Assembly: GCA_963696385.1 (NCBI GenBank)
Contig: CAVOKF010000005.1
Coordinates: forward strand, 160,001 to 224,000
Source: an uncultured delta proteobacterium
GTDB lineage: Bacteria > Myxococcota_A > Polyangia > Polyangiales > Polyangiaceae
Reading direction: 5' to 3'
DNA: 64,000 nt
Positions 32,497 through 51,645 of the stretch are shown here, in pieces. The translations under genes were made by a program, and so were the position numbers. Positions within the stretch are counted from its first letter, which is position 1, and every line of letters starts with the position of its first letter. Under the pieces are notes generated by a model. It saw nothing but the letters and a program-made list of their open reading frames with translations, was not told where the DNA came from and searched no databases.

Positions 32497-32653
32497 TTTC
32501 CATTGCTGGCGAGTCCGAACGTTCGGACCTCGCGGTGACTTCAGCGCGAGCGGTCGGCCATCTGGGGTCACGCCCGGACCGTGCCGATGTCGACGGTTGC
32601 GGTCAAGGCGGCTGTGACGCGATCGGCGCATCCTTTTGCGGTACAAGCGTTAG

Positions 32654-33310
32654 ATGGCTCGCCCGTACGAAGACGCGCCACGGCTTCCGGCCAATCGCGT
32701 TGATGTGTGCTCCCTCGCCCGCGGCGAGTGGGTCGAGCTCGAAATCGGTCCTGGACGCGGGTGGTTCCTAATCGAGCGAGCGGCCGCCGCCCCCCGTGCG
32801 GCCCTTGTCGGCCTGGAGATCCGTCGCAAGTGGGCGGCCATCGTCGATGGGCGGCTACGGGCTCGTGGCTTGGGCAATCGCGCGCGTGTCTTCGCCGAAG
32901 ACGCTCGTGTCGCCCTGCCGCGGCTCGCTCCCGATGCGTGCCTGCGGCGAGTGTTCGTGCACTTCCCGGATCCGTGGTGGAAAAAGCGGCATGCAAAGCG
33001 CCTGCTCGTCGGCGACCGATTTCTCGACGAAGTGGCGCGCTTGCTCGAACCATCGGGGGAGCTTTTTGTGCAAACCGACGTAGAAGAGCGGGCTCGCTCG
33101 TATGAAGAGCTCGTCGCATTGGACACTCGATTCGTCCCCGCGGGGAACGATGCGGGCAGTCCGCGAACATCGGAAAATCCGTACGAAGCACGCAGCCCGC
33201 GAGAGCGGCGAGCGGGTATCGATGGGCTCCCCGTGCACCGTCTGCTCTGGCGGCGCCTGCCAGAACCAGATACCGTCGCAGGGCTGCTGCGGGATGAGTC
33301 CGCGCGATGA
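32654..33310 (+). CDS. trmB: tRNA (guanine-N7)-methyltransferase
   Basis: LEIGPGRG, FPDPWWKKRHAKR, QTD. Confidence 0.92.
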   Translation: MARPYEDAPRLPANRVDVCSLARGEWVELEIGPGRGWFLIERAAAAPRAALVGLEIRRKWAAIVDGRLRARGLGNRARVFAEDARVALPRLAPDACLRRVFVHFPDPWWKKRHAKRLLVGDRFLDEVARLLEPSGELFVQTDVEERARSYEELVALDTRFVPAGNDAGSPRTSENPYEARSPRERRAGIDGLPVHRLLWRRLPEPDTVAGLLRDESAR

Positions 33311-34755
33311 TCCGCGGGCATGCGACCCCCATGGCACGAGCCTGCGGGTGGCTTGCGGCTGCCGGCTTGTTTGCCGCTACCGGTCCCGCAACCGCCCGGG
33401 GCCGCATCGTAAACGGGCCGTATCTCACCGGCCTGTCGCCGACCGGCGTAGATGTTCGCTTCGAACTCGATGGCAGTACGACCGCTCTCGTTGAGATTGT
33501 CCGTGACGACGACGCGGGAGCGGACGTTCGAGTGTTCGACAGTCGTAGCGCTTCTGCAATGAGGGTTGTCCGGGCGACGGGGCTCGAACGGGGGACCACC
33601 TACGCCTATCGCGTTCGAGTTGATGGCGCGGTCGTCGGCGTGGGGCACTTCAAAACAGCCCCTGCCGACAATGCCGCAGCCGCCCTGACATTCCTCGTTT
33701 ACGGAGATGATCGCACTGACCCGACCGCGCATGCTGCAGTAGTCCGAGCGATGCAGCAGGTGCCCTCGGACTTCCTCGTCAACACGGGGGATCTCGTGGA
33801 CAACGGCGCGAGTGCGCAAGATTGGCAGTCATTTTTCGACATCGAAGCTCCGTTGCTACGCGAACGCCCCCTGTTCGTATCGATCGGCAATCACGAACTC
33901 AGAGACGACCTGGCCGGCGCGAACTTCGCCCGATATTTCGGCTTCCTGGACGAGTCCGGCATCAATCGCCCGTACGGAACGACGCGGCTCGGCAATACCC
34001 GGTTCTTCTTCCTGAACGGAATGCACGATTGGCGCGCCGGGGACGAGCGCGAGTGGCTCGAGCGGGCGCTGGAGCGTTCGGACGCCGAAGGCAATCTCGT
34101 CTGGCGCATCGCGGTGGTGCACCACGGTCCGTGGTCGCTGGGCCCCCACGGCGCGAATGCACGACTCATCGCCGCGGGCGTGCCCGCGCTGCTTGCCGCA
34201 CATAAGGTCGACCTGCTCCTGTCAGGCCACGATCACATCTACCAACGCGGCGATGCCGGGCCTCTTAAATACATCGTTTCAGGAGGGGGTGGGGCGCCCC
34301 TTTATGGCATCGAGGGGACCGACCCGACTGAGCGTAGGGCGGAATCGACGCATCATTTCGTCGCCGTCGCGGTGACGGAGGAGCGAATCCGCACGCTTGC
34401 GATGCGAGTTGATGGCACGACCATCGAGAGCTGCGGTTTCGTGAGCCGAGGCGCATGGGAATGCTCGCCCGACATTTCGGTGGCGGCTCACTCCGCGGCA
34501 AGCCCGGCGCGACCCGCGCCATCCCGCTCCACATCCCATTGCGGATGTGCTGTTCCGGGAGCTGGGCGCATCGACGCCGTTGCCGCGCTTGCCGCATTCG
34601 CGCTCGTTGGCGTGATTGTTCGCGATCGCCGTCGGGTGGGGCGACGTGGATTGAGCGATTGCCGTCGTCGCCTCTTGCCCGACGCGTTTGCGATCCATCT
34701 GCGCGTTGTGACTCCGAGCCGCACCCCGAGCTCCGGATCGGCGACCCGCCGATGA
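33307..34755 (+). CDS. Purple-acid-phosphatase-like metallophosphoesterase with MYXO-CTERM-like tail
   Basis: FN3-like N-terminus, YGD, TGD, GNHE, GHDH; CGCAVPG + TM + RDRRR. Confidence 0.88.
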   Translation: MIRGHATPMARACGWLAAAGLFAATGPATARGRIVNGPYLTGLSPTGVDVRFELDGSTTALVEIVRDDDAGADVRVFDSRSASAMRVVRATGLERGTTYAYRVRVDGAVVGVGHFKTAPADNAAAALTFLVYGDDRTDPTAHAAVVRAMQQVPSDFLVNTGDLVDNGASAQDWQSFFDIEAPLLRERPLFVSIGNHELRDDLAGANFARYFGFLDESGINRPYGTTRLGNTRFFFLNGMHDWRAGDEREWLERALERSDAEGNLVWRIAVVHHGPWSLGPHGANARLIAAGVPALLAAHKVDLLLSGHDHIYQRGDAGPLKYIVSGGGGAPLYGIEGTDPTERRAESTHHFVAVAVTEERIRTLAMRVDGTTIESCGFVSRGAWECSPDISVAAHSAASPARPAPSRSTSHCGCAVPGAGRIDAVAALAAFALVGVIVRDRRRVGRRGLSDCRRRLLPDAFAIHLRVVTPSRTPSSGSATRR

Positions 34756-34816
34756 CGCCGCCCATCCGGAAGAAGGGCGGGGCTCTAACAGGCACGGGCG
34801 GACAACAATCCCGCTC

Positions 34817-34993
34817 TCACCCGGTACGTATCGCGAAGAGCCGATCCTTGGCCGCCAAGCGTCGTTTCTTCAGTTCGGCAGCGCGCAGGCGGTCTTCAGG
34901 CGTCATGTGAGCTCCGCGGCGATCCAACTTGTGGATTTCATCGTCTAGCGTTCGATGGGCAAGCTCCAAGTCGTGGGCATCCACATGCTTCAT
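34817..34993 (-). CDS. DUF465/YdcH-like small coiled-coil protein
   Basis: HRTLDDEI..ELKKRRLAAKD; GGAG SD before ATG 34993. Confidence 0.75.
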   Translation of the reverse strand: MKHVDAHDLELAHRTLDDEIHKLDRRGAHMTPEDRLRAAELKKRRLAAKDRLFAIRTG

Positions 34994-35176
34994 CGGGACT
35001 TCTCCTGCGCGGAAGGGCGATGTCGGCCCCTCGCGATCGACCCTACGCCCGAAGCTCAACGCGTCAACGGCGCCGTGTGTTCAGTGCGCGATCGAGCGAG
35101 GTCCAATGCCCGAGCTCTCCGACTCGGCCCGGCCTTCCGGGAAACGTCGGTGCGAGGTTCGCTATTCTCTGCGCAG

Positions 35177-36358
35177 ATGCGTTTCTGCGTGATCTCGGCG
35201 GCGTCGGCCTTGGTCGTCCAAGCTTGTGCTGGCCCTCGCCCGGTGGCCGTCTCCCCCTTTTCCACCGTTGTCATGGCCCAAACGCGCATCGTGACGCCGA
35301 GCGAGATAACCACAGAGGGCGAGCTCGCGGCACGCGCCGAGCGCGCGCTGATGGAGCAGCGCTGGCACAACGCGGCGGATGCGTATCGGACGTTACTCGC
35401 GGCCGACTCGGAAAGCCCGCATGCCGCCCAATACCTGTTCGATCTAGGACTCGCTCTCGAGGGTCTGCAAGATCGCACGCGGGCGCGGGACGCATTTCTC
35501 GATCTGGTGCGACGCTTTCCGAACGGTCCCCATGCGCGCGGCGCGCTCGTTCGTGTCGCGACGCTCGATGCCTATCTCGAAGACTGGCAGGCGTTGCAGT
35601 TCATCGGAGACCAGTTGCTCGTCCGGACCGATCTCGACGACGTCGAGCGCATCGTGGCGCTCGGGGCGCGCGCTCTCGCCAGCGTTGAGTGCGGCAATGA
35701 CGCGGCCGCTTCGCGCGACATCAACGACGGCCTCGATCTCGCCGATCAGCTTCACTACGGCGATCGGGACGTGCTCCCCGTCGCGGTCGCCCAGGTCCGC
35801 TTTGCGTTGGGCGAACTGCGCCGCGTCCGGTCCGAGCGGATTCGCTTCGATCCCGTGCCGGTCGACTTTCTCGCGCAACTCGACGCTCGCTGCCAAGGAC
35901 TCCTTCAAGCCCAGGCGGCGTACGCGCAGGCCGTGCGCTCGGTCGATCCGCACTGGGCGGCGATGGCGGGCTACCGGTTGGGAGCCATGTATCGCTTGCT
36001 GCACCATGATCTGATGCAGATTCCTCCGCCCTCCTCGACGAGGACACCGGGGCAACGTCAGGCATTTTTTGCCTTCATGCACGTGCGCTACCGTGTGCTC
36101 TTGGAAAAGGGCCTCCGCGAAATTGACCAGACGATCGCGCTTGGCGAGCGCACGCGCGACTCGTCGACTTGGATCCTCCGCGCGCGCGAGGCCAAGGAGG
36201 AGATGCAGAACGCACTGACTGAGGAGCGAGCGCGGCTGCAGCAGATGCCGTTCACGGAAGCCGACGTGAAGGCGGCGCTCGACCTGCTCCAGAAGAATGC
36301 ACGCGCCTCAGGGAGCGCGTCGCGCGCCACACCTGCCCCTCATGCAGCGCCCCCCTGA
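35177..36358 (+). CDS. TPR lipoprotein
   Basis: Lipobox VQA-C; TPR motifs (AQYLFDLGLAL, LVRRFPNGP). Confidence 0.75.
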   Translation: MRFCVISAASALVVQACAGPRPVAVSPFSTVVMAQTRIVTPSEITTEGELAARAERALMEQRWHNAADAYRTLLAADSESPHAAQYLFDLGLALEGLQDRTRARDAFLDLVRRFPNGPHARGALVRVATLDAYLEDWQALQFIGDQLLVRTDLDDVERIVALGARALASVECGNDAAASRDINDGLDLADQLHYGDRDVLPVAVAQVRFALGELRRVRSERIRFDPVPVDFLAQLDARCQGLLQAQAAYAQAVRSVDPHWAAMAGYRLGAMYRLLHHDLMQIPPPSSTRTPGQRQAFFAFMHVRYRVLLEKGLREIDQTIALGERTRDSSTWILRAREAKEEMQNALTEERARLQQMPFTEADVKAALDLLQKNARASGSASRATPAPHAAPP

Positions 36359-36532
36359 CGTCGCGATGCTTGACATAGGCGTGGCGTACGGCTAAGCGAC
36401 CGGCCGCGTTGCGCGACCGGGTCTGACCCGAACATTGCACCGCAGCCGTATACCATAACGCATTTTTTTCGGGCAACGGGGTCCCGCGCAGGAGACACGT
36501 GCGCGGCACCCTCCAAATGGCTTCCTTGTTGC

Positions 36533-36561
36533 TTGCGCGGAGCCCGTCCGGGAAGTAATGT
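36533..36561 (+). promoter_or_regulatory. Sigma70-type promoter for the tRNA-tuf operon
   Basis: TTGCGC-17-TAATGT followed by GC-rich discriminator GCGCGCCCC. Confidence 0.55.
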
Positions 36562-36620
36562 GCGCGCCCCTTGCCCGTCGGCGCCCCAAGCGCTGCCGGG
36601 GCGGCAACATGCCGTCGAGG

Positions 36621-36692
36621 GCTGGCGTAGCTCAACGGCAGAGCACCTGTTTTGTAAACAGGTGGTTAGGGGTTCAAGTCCCCTCGCCAGCT
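36621..36692 (+). tRNA. tRNA-Thr(TGT)
   Basis: GCTGGCG/CGCCAGC acceptor, CCTGT-TT TGT AA-ACAGG, GGTTCAAGTCC. Confidence 0.95.
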
Positions 36693-36746
36693 CGCTGCCG
36701 ACATCAACAGCAAGAGCGTCTTTCGAGGTAGAAGGCCAATAAGTGC

Positions 36747-36829
<83 letters not shown>

Positions 36830-36910
36830 CCGGCATCGAGCGGATCGGTGGTCGCCGACTCGGTCAACAGTTCACAGAGAACGGAAGGAAGGTCGAGAAT
36901 ACGAAGAGTC

Positions 36911-36983
36911 GCGGGAGTAGCTCAGTTGGTAGAGCGTCAGCCTTCCAAGCTGAACGTCGCCGGTTCGAACCCGGTCTCCCGCT
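36911..36983 (+). tRNA. tRNA-Gly(TCC)
   Basis: GCGGGAG/CTCCCGC, TCAGC-CT TCC AA-GCTGA. Confidence 0.95.
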
Positions 36984-36990
36984 CAGTCTG

Positions 36991-37062
<72 letters not shown>

Positions 37063-37144
37063 CGGATCCGGTCGTCAGTTGTTGCTCGGCGCGCGCCGCC
37101 TCTCATTCAGCATCTCTCAGCAAGTCCCACAGGAGACTCGAGCC

Positions 37145-38335
37145 ATGGCCAAGGAGAAGTTCGTACGCAGCAAGCCGCACGTGAACGTGGGGACGATCGG
37201 TCACATTGACCACGGGAAGACGACGCTGACGGCGGCGCTGGTGAAGGTGCAGTCGAAGAAGGGTCTTGCGAAGGTCATCAGCTACAAGGACATCGCGAAG
37301 GGTGGGACGGTACGCGACGAGACGAAGACGGTGACGATTGCGGTGGCGCACGTGGAGTACGAGAGCGACAAGCGTCACTACGCGCACGTCGATTGTCCGG
37401 GTCACGCGGACTACATCAAGAACATGATCACGGGTGCGGCGCAGATGGACGGTGCGATTCTGGTGGTGAGCGCACTGGACAGCGTGATGCCGCAGACCCG
37501 CGAGCACGTTTTGTTGGCGCGTCAAGTGGGTTTGAACCACATCGTTGTATTTTTGAACAAGTGCGACGCGGTGGACGACGCGGAGATGCTGGACCTGGTC
37601 GAGATGGAGGTCCGAGAGCTTCTGAACAAGTACAAGTTCGATGGCGACAACGCGACGGTCATCCGTGGTGCGGCGCTACCGGCGCTCAACGGAGACCCGA
37701 AGTGGGAAAAATCGATCGACGAGTTGATCGTGGCGCTGGACGGTCGGATTCCCGACCCGATCCGCGACATCGATAAGCCGTTTTTGATGGCCGTAGAGGA
37801 CGTATTTTCAATCAAGGGCCGCGGAACGGTGGCGACGGGTCGAGTCGAGCGCGGGATCGTGAAAGTTCAAGAAGAAGTCGAACTGATCGGATTTGCCGAT
37901 ACACGCAAACTCGTCGTGACGGGCGTGGAGATGTTTCGCAAGCTCCTGGACCAGGGTCAGGCGGGCGACAACATCGGAGTCTTGCTTCGCGGGATCGAGA
38001 AACACGAGATCGAGCGGGGTCAGATTCTGGCCAAGCCCGGCAGTGTCACGCCGCACACGAAGTTCGAGGGCGAAGTGTACGTGCTCAAAAAGGAGGAAGG
38101 AGGCCGGCATACGCCATTCTTCACCAACTACCGCCCGCAGTTTTACATGCGCACGACCGACGTGACCGGTACCGTGGCACTTCCCGAAGGAACCAAAATG
38201 GTCATGCCGGGCGATAACACCAAGATGATCATCGAGCTCATCACTCCCGTGGCGCTCGAAGAGCAACAGCGGTTCGCCATTCGCGAAGGGGGCCGCACCG
38301 TAGGCGCCGGAATCGTTACCAAAATCCTTCAGTAG
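37145..38335 (+). CDS. tuf: Elongation factor Tu (copy 1)
   Basis: [24 protein letters not shown]. Confidence 0.98.
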   Translation: MAKEKFVRSKPHVNVGTIGHIDHGKTTLTAALVKVQSKKGLAKVISYKDIAKGGTVRDETKTVTIAVAHVEYESDKRHYAHVDCPGHADYIKNMITGAAQMDGAILVVSALDSVMPQTREHVLLARQVGLNHIVVFLNKCDAVDDAEMLDLVEMEVRELLNKYKFDGDNATVIRGAALPALNGDPKWEKSIDELIVALDGRIPDPIRDIDKPFLMAVEDVFSIKGRGTVATGRVERGIVKVQEEVELIGFADTRKLVVTGVEMFRKLLDQGQAGDNIGVLLRGIEKHEIERGQILAKPGSVTPHTKFEGEVYVLKKEEGGRHTPFFTNYRPQFYMRTTDVTGTVALPEGTKMVMPGDNTKMIIELITPVALEEQQRFAIREGGRTVGAGIVTKILQ

Positions 38336-38339
38336 CCGC

Positions 38340-38492
38340 ATGGCCGAGCGGGTGACCGTCGTGCTCGCGTGCACGGAGTGCGAATCGCGGAATTACAAAA
38401 CCACCCGGAAAACCGACGGAAAAGGGCAACTAGCGTTGAAGAAATTTTGTCCGGACTGTAAGCGGCACACCGTTCACAAGGAGACGAAGTGA
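38340..38492 (+). CDS. rpmG: 50S ribosomal protein L33 (Zn-ribbon form)
   Basis: Manual translation MAERVTVVLACTECESRNYKTT..LKKFCPDCKRHTVHKETK; not in the ORF track. Confidence 0.95.
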   Translation: MAERVTVVLACTECESRNYKTTRKTDGKGQLALKKFCPDCKRHTVHKETK

Positions 38493-38575
38493 ATGGGCCT
38501 TGGGCCAAGCGGGGACTCTGCATATGGTCTGCACGAGTTCCCGCGCAGGGGTCAGCCGCAAATTCGGAAACAACT

Positions 38576-38648
38576 AGGGGTTTAGCTCAGTTGGTAGAGC
38601 AGCGGATTCCAAATCCGCAGGTCGTGGGTTCGAGCCCCTCAGCCCCTG
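38576..38648 (+). tRNA. tRNA-Trp(CCA)
   Basis: AGGGGTT/AGCCCCT, GCGGA-TT CCA AA-TCCGC; canonical position before secE. Confidence 0.95.
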
Positions 38649-38679
38649 CCGCGTTTTTTATGCCGCCGAGACGAGTGCA

Positions 38680-39261
38680 ATGACCGTTCATGAAGATGTC
38701 AAACGAGAGCGCGCCCAGGCCGGGCAGAAGGGAACGTCCACCGACGATGGTTCCGACGCCCGCGCGCGTCCCGAGCGCGTCCTGGACCCAGAGCCGCGAG
38801 GCGCTCTCGAGGGGCCAGCGGGAGCGGCAGACGAGCCTAGCGAAGCGGCCCCCGTCGGCGCGGCGTCGCCGACGCAACTCGGAACGCGCCGCTTCGTGTA
38901 CGCTGCCTACTTCGGAGCCGCGATCGCGATCGCGTTTCTCGTATCCAAGGTACTCGACTTCGCGTGGGTCAAGCTTCAAGCGTACAAACCCGCGGTCGGC
39001 GAGGCTCGTGACGACATCCTCATGCCAATCTCGGCCCTCATCGGCGCAGGGGCGGCCGTGTACTATTGGTACCGCACTCGAGCTCGGGAGCTCGCAGACG
39101 AAGTCGCCACCGAGATGTCGAAGGTCACCTGGCCGACCCGAACCGAAGTGACCAACGGGACGGTCGTGGTCATCCTCACCACGGTGGTCTCGACGGTATT
39201 CTTCGCATTGATGGACAAGTTCTGGGGCTTTATCACGAACCTCGTGTACGGGGGGACCTGA
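38680..39261 (+). CDS. secE: Preprotein translocase SecE with long N-terminal extension
   Basis: EMSKVTWPTRTE + TM; position before nusG. Confidence 0.9.
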   Translation: MTVHEDVKRERAQAGQKGTSTDDGSDARARPERVLDPEPRGALEGPAGAADEPSEAAPVGAASPTQLGTRRFVYAAYFGAAIAIAFLVSKVLDFAWVKLQAYKPAVGEARDDILMPISALIGAGAAVYYWYRTRARELADEVATEMSKVTWPTRTEVTNGTVVVILTTVVSTVFFALMDKFWGFITNLVYGGT

Positions 39262-39267
39262 GGCGTC

Positions 39268-39801
39268 ATGGCGAAGAAGTGGTACGTCATCCAGACTTAC
39301 TCCGGGTATGAGAGCAAAGTGCGAGAGGCGCTTCTCCAGAGAATCAAGGAGCACCACATGGAAGGGCGCTTCGGCGAAGTGCTGATCCCGACCGAGACGG
39401 TGACGGAGCAACGCGCAGGTGGCAAGAGCCGCATGCGTCAGAAGACGAGCTTTCCTGGGTACATGTTCGTGGAAATGGACATGGGCGAAGACGTCTGGCA
39501 CCTGGTCAAAGATACTCCCAAGGTCACCGGCTTCATCGGCAATCAGCGCCCGCAGGAGGTCACGCCTCCCCAGATTGACGACCTTCGCAAGAGCATCATC
39601 GAAGGCGCGGTCAAGCCGAAGCCGCGCGTCAGCTTCGAAGCGGGCGACGAGATTCGCGTGATCGATGGAGCTTTCGCCAATTTCTCCGGAACGGTGGAGG
39701 AGGTGAAGCCGGACAAGCAGAAGTTGCGCGTCAAGGTGTCCATCTTCGGGCGCGCGACGCCGGTGGAACTGGATTTCAGCCAAGTCGAGAAAAGGGTCTG
39801 A
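39268..39801 (+). CDS. nusG: Transcription factor NusG
   Basis: [26 protein letters not shown]. Confidence 0.98.
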   Translation: MAKKWYVIQTYSGYESKVREALLQRIKEHHMEGRFGEVLIPTETVTEQRAGGKSRMRQKTSFPGYMFVEMDMGEDVWHLVKDTPKVTGFIGNQRPQEVTPPQIDDLRKSIIEGAVKPKPRVSFEAGDEIRVIDGAFANFSGTVEEVKPDKQKLRVKVSIFGRATPVELDFSQVEKRV

Positions 39802-39804
39802 GTC

Positions 39805-40248
39805 ATGGCGAAGAAGGTTTCCGGAATCGTGAAGCTCCAGCTTGCCGCGGGCAAGGCAAGCCCAGCCCCGCCCGTCGGTCCAGCACTTGGTCCGCATGGC
39901 ATCAACATCATGGCGTTCTGCAAGGAGTTCAATGCGAAGACGCAGGGGAGCGATATGATTATCCCCGTCGTCCTCACGGTGTATTCCGACCGTAGTTTCA
40001 GCATGTTACTGAAGACGCCGCCGACGAGTGTTCTGCTCAAAAAGGCCGCCGGTCTGGCGACCAGCAAAAAGCCCGGTTCGGGCTCGAAGGAACCGAACAA
40101 GGTGAAAATCGGCAAAGTGACGATGAAGCAGGTCCGGGACCTTGCGGAACAGAAGATGCCGGACATGAATTGCACCGACATCGAGGCGGCGATTCAGACG
40201 GTGATGGGCACCGCCCGGTCAATGGGCATCGACGTAGTAGAAGCGTGA
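39805..40248 (+). CDS. rplK: 50S ribosomal protein L11
   Basis: [17 protein letters not shown]. Confidence 0.98.
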   Translation: MAKKVSGIVKLQLAAGKASPAPPVGPALGPHGINIMAFCKEFNAKTQGSDMIIPVVLTVYSDRSFSMLLKTPPTSVLLKKAAGLATSKKPGSGSKEPNKVKIGKVTMKQVRDLAEQKMPDMNCTDIEAAIQTVMGTARSMGIDVVEA

Positions 40249-40344
40249 CGCTGACGAAAGACCGTCGAGGTCCGGTGGGCGAATCGTTCCCCGGGCTCTT
40301 CGGTCCCCCATTCATCACCACCGCCCGATGTTTTGCGGAAAACG

Positions 40345-40365
40345 GTGGGAGGCGAGGAGCCGCAC
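40345..40365 (+). promoter_or_regulatory. Candidate L1-binding autoregulatory RNA site
   Basis: GTGGGAGGC-GAGGA-GCCGCAC directly before the rplA SD (AAGGAG). Confidence 0.5.
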
Positions 40366-40375
40366 AAGGAGAAAC

Positions 40376-41086
40376 ATGGCGACTATTGCAAAGAAGCGCG
40401 CGGCGGTCACCGCTCTGGTGGATACTGCACGCAAGTACAGTGTCGAGGAGGCATGCGCCCTGGTGAAAAAGGCGAAGTACGCGGCATTTGACGAAACCGT
40501 CGACCTCGCCGTCCGTCTTGGCGTCAATCCAAAGCACGCAGATCAGATGGTTCGTGGAGCGATCGTCCTCCCGCACGGGACCGGCAGAAACGTCCGCGTG
40601 CTCGTCTTCGCGAAAGGCGACAAGGAGCGGGAGGCTCGCGAGGCGGGTGCCGACTTCGCCGGGAGCGACGATCTGGTGGCCAAGGTTTCGGAGGGATTTC
40701 TGGATTTCGATCGGGTTATCGCCACTCCTGACATGATGGGCTCTGTTGGAAAGCTCGGTCGTGTGCTAGGTCCGCGCGGCCTCATGCCGAATCCGAAAGT
40801 TGGAACGGTCACCTTCGATGTTACGGCGGCGGTCAGAGACGCCAAAGGCGGCAAGATCGAATACCGCGTCGAGAAGGCGGGGATCGTGCACGCTCGAATC
40901 GGTAAGGTTTCGTTCAATGAGCAGGCGCTCTCGGACAACGCGAAGGCGCTGATCGGCGCGCTGGTTCGCCAAAAGCCGTCGACTGCCAAGGGAAGCTATC
41001 TGCGGAGCATTACGGTCAGCTCGACCATGGGGCCCGGCATCAAGATCGATCCCGGGCAGTTCATTGCGGCGGGCGAAGAGGGATAG
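40376..41086 (+). CDS. rplA: 50S ribosomal protein L1
   Basis: [29 protein letters not shown]. Confidence 0.98.
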   Translation: MATIAKKRAAVTALVDTARKYSVEEACALVKKAKYAAFDETVDLAVRLGVNPKHADQMVRGAIVLPHGTGRNVRVLVFAKGDKEREAREAGADFAGSDDLVAKVSEGFLDFDRVIATPDMMGSVGKLGRVLGPRGLMPNPKVGTVTFDVTAAVRDAKGGKIEYRVEKAGIVHARIGKVSFNEQALSDNAKALIGALVRQKPSTAKGSYLRSITVSSTMGPGIKIDPGQFIAAGEEG

Positions 41087-41093
41087 CGACACC

Positions 41094-41621
41094 ATGGACC
41101 GAACGACGAAAGATGGACAGATCGCTGAGATCCGAACCCGCTTCGACAAGATGACGGCGGCCGTTTTCCTCGACTTTAAGGGGATGACCGTCGAGAACGT
41201 CACGAAACTCCGTTCTGAATTTCGCAAGGCGGGGGTCGACTACAAGGTGTGCAAAAACACGCTTGTGAAGCACGCGCTCAAAGGCGCCCCGTTCACGGCG
41301 ACGCTCGACGGCGCGCTCGTCGGCATGACCGGTATTGCCTGGAGTTATGAAGATCCCAGCGCGGCCGCAAAGGTCGTCAAGGCGTTCCGCAAGGATCCCG
41401 CCGGTGAAAAGCTCCTGATTAAGGCCGGGCTGATCGAGGGCTCCGTTCTCGACGCGAAGGGAGTCGAAGACCGGCTCGCAAGCATGCCTGGTAAGGACGA
41501 GCTGCGTGCGACCCTCCTCGCGACGCTCCAAGCGCCCTTGCAGAACTTTGTCGCCCTGCTCGCGGCGCCGTCGCAGAACTTCGTCTACCTCCTGTCGGCG
41601 AAGGAGCGCGATGGCGCGTAA
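41094..41621 (+). CDS. rplJ: 50S ribosomal protein L10
   Basis: DFKGMTV..LR, KNTL; position. Confidence 0.96.
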   Translation: MDRTTKDGQIAEIRTRFDKMTAAVFLDFKGMTVENVTKLRSEFRKAGVDYKVCKNTLVKHALKGAPFTATLDGALVGMTGIAWSYEDPSAAAKVVKAFRKDPAGEKLLIKAGLIEGSVLDAKGVEDRLASMPGKDELRATLLATLQAPLQNFVALLAAPSQNFVYLLSAKERDGA

Positions 41622-41668
41622 CCAACCAATTTCAACGATCCCTTTCGAGATTGATACGGAGAATTCAA

Positions 41669-42058
41669 ATGGCAGAGATTACGCGTGAGCAGGTGGTTGA
41701 TTTTCTTTCGAACATGCCGGTAATTCAGCTGTCGGATCTGATCCGGACGCTCGAGGACAAGTGGGGCGTCAAAGCGGCTCCGGTCGCGGTGGCGGGCATC
41801 GGGCCGGCGGCCGCCGGCGCAGCTCCGGCCGCTCCGGTTGAAGAGAAGACCGAGTTCAACGTTGAGCTCAAAGAGGCCGGGGCGAGCAAAATCTCGGTCA
41901 TCAAGGTTGTCCGGGAGATTACCGGGCTCGGACTGAAGGAAGCCAAGGACCTGGTCGAAGGCGCGCCAAAAACGGTCAAGGAGGCCGTTTCGAAGGCGGA
42001 TGCCGAGGATATGAAGAAAAAGCTCGAGGACGCGGGAGCAAAGGTCGAGCTCAAGTAG
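41669..42058 (+). CDS. rplL: 50S ribosomal protein L7/L12
   Basis: [26 protein letters not shown]. Confidence 0.98.
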   Translation: MAEITREQVVDFLSNMPVIQLSDLIRTLEDKWGVKAAPVAVAGIGPAAAGAAPAAPVEEKTEFNVELKEAGASKISVIKVVREITGLGLKEAKDLVEGAPKTVKEAVSKADAEDMKKKLEDAGAKVELK

Positions 42059-42224
42059 GTGACCGTTTCTCATTGGCTTAGGGGCGAGTTCGAGCGCGGC
42101 GCCCACCATCGGGGCTCGCGGTCGCGTTCGTTTGGTTCCCCGCTTGCCCCTTGCCCGCGCCCCGCTCCGGAGGTGGCCGCCGCCCGCCGACACGCGGGGG
42201 GGGCGACAATCGTCAGGGCTGAGT

Positions 42225-42252
42225 TTGCACATTTTTTTCCGCCGGGTAGGCT
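42225..42252 (+). promoter_or_regulatory. Candidate rpoBC promoter
   Basis: TTGCAC-16-TAGGCT in the rplL-rpoB spacer. Confidence 0.5.
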
Positions 42253-42461
42253 AGCAAGCCTTTCCGGACGGCGTACCTTTTGCTTCGCCCGTCTAAGTTT
42301 CGGACTAAGGTCCCGTCGGCTTGCAGGCTTGACGCCGGTCACACGCGCATGACCAGCGGGCAAGTGAACATTCAAAAAAATTCGGTTGCGCGGTGGTCGG
42401 CCGCAGGCCCGGGGCCCAATCGCCCTGGGAATCGCTGTCGACGAAAACGTCAGGAGCAGTG

Positions 42462-46595
<4,134 letters not shown>

Positions 46596-46721
46596 GTTCC
46601 GGGTGGACCGGGCGCATCTGGAAAAATCTCCCGGCACCCGCATCCGCCCCGTAATGCTCCTCACATAAGGCTATTTTGGCAGGTTTCTATTCGTAGGCAG
46701 TCAGGAAAAGGACATACCCCG

Positions 46722-50966
<4,245 letters not shown>

Positions 50967-50973
50967 CGCGTGT

Positions 50974-51645
50974 CTACGCCGCCTCGGTTACGAGGCCGAA
51001 GGCGGCGATTCCGTATCGGCGAAGTTCGCGACGTATCGCCTGAGTGCGTGTGACGTCGCCCGTGGCGCAGGCCACGAGGTTTGCTGCCCATTCATCGAGA
51101 GTTGACGTTCCGCACGCGGCAAAATCCTCGGATTGGCCGCGAAGCAGGCGTTGCCAGGAAAGCACCTCATCCGTGAACTGGGTCGTACGCACGAGGCCCC
51201 GAGGGCCCAGAATCGCTATTCGCCCCGCCACGAGCGCTTCTGTGCAATCGGCGGCGGGTGAATATCCTTCCATCCTCTTCATCCCAAGAAGTGCGTTGAG
51301 AAGTCCGGCATCCCCGGCGCTGGCACTGAGCTCGAGCGCAACCCTCGAGAGCACCGCGGCAAAGGTGACAAACGCGTCGCGGACGCATGGATCCGGCTGC
51401 GGTTCGTGCCAACGGGGCTCTTCGGCGCCGTCGATGCGCCAGGAAACCGGAGGTTCGGCCAGGAACGGCGGCTCGTCGATGGTTTCAAATGCGAGCTCTT
51501 CCACTACTTCGATGAGCCCGGCATCGTCGTCAAGCCGCGCCCCTTCACTGGAGTCCGCGTTACGACGCTTTGCGCACGAATCCGAGGTTTCGCCGCCAGC
51601 CGACTCGCATGAGGTGTTGCCGCGCGGCTCCTCCCGCAACCAAAT
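50974..51645 (-). CDS. Hypothetical protein
   Basis: Globular C-terminal ~150 aa (WQRLLRG..LDEWAA..RRELRRYGIAAFG). Start uncertain: AAGGAG at 51656-51651 precedes in-frame ATT (51645) and TTG (51639); ORF open to 51825. Confidence 0.55.
   Translation of the reverse strand: MWLREEPRGNTSCESAGGETSDSCAKRRNADSSEGARLDDDAGLIEVVEELAFETIDEPPFLAEPPVSWRIDGAEEPRWHEPQPDPCVRDAFVTFAAVLSRVALELSASAGDAGLLNALLGMKRMEGYSPAADCTEALVAGRIAILGPRGLVRTTQFTDEVLSWQRLLRGQSEDFAACGTSTLDEWAANLVACATGDVTRTQAIRRELRRYGIAAFGLVTEAA

Noticed and set aside
36370..36398. Perfect TTGACA upstream of the tRNA cluster
   Set aside because: Poor -10 (TAAGCG); a better promoter with discriminator lies at 36533
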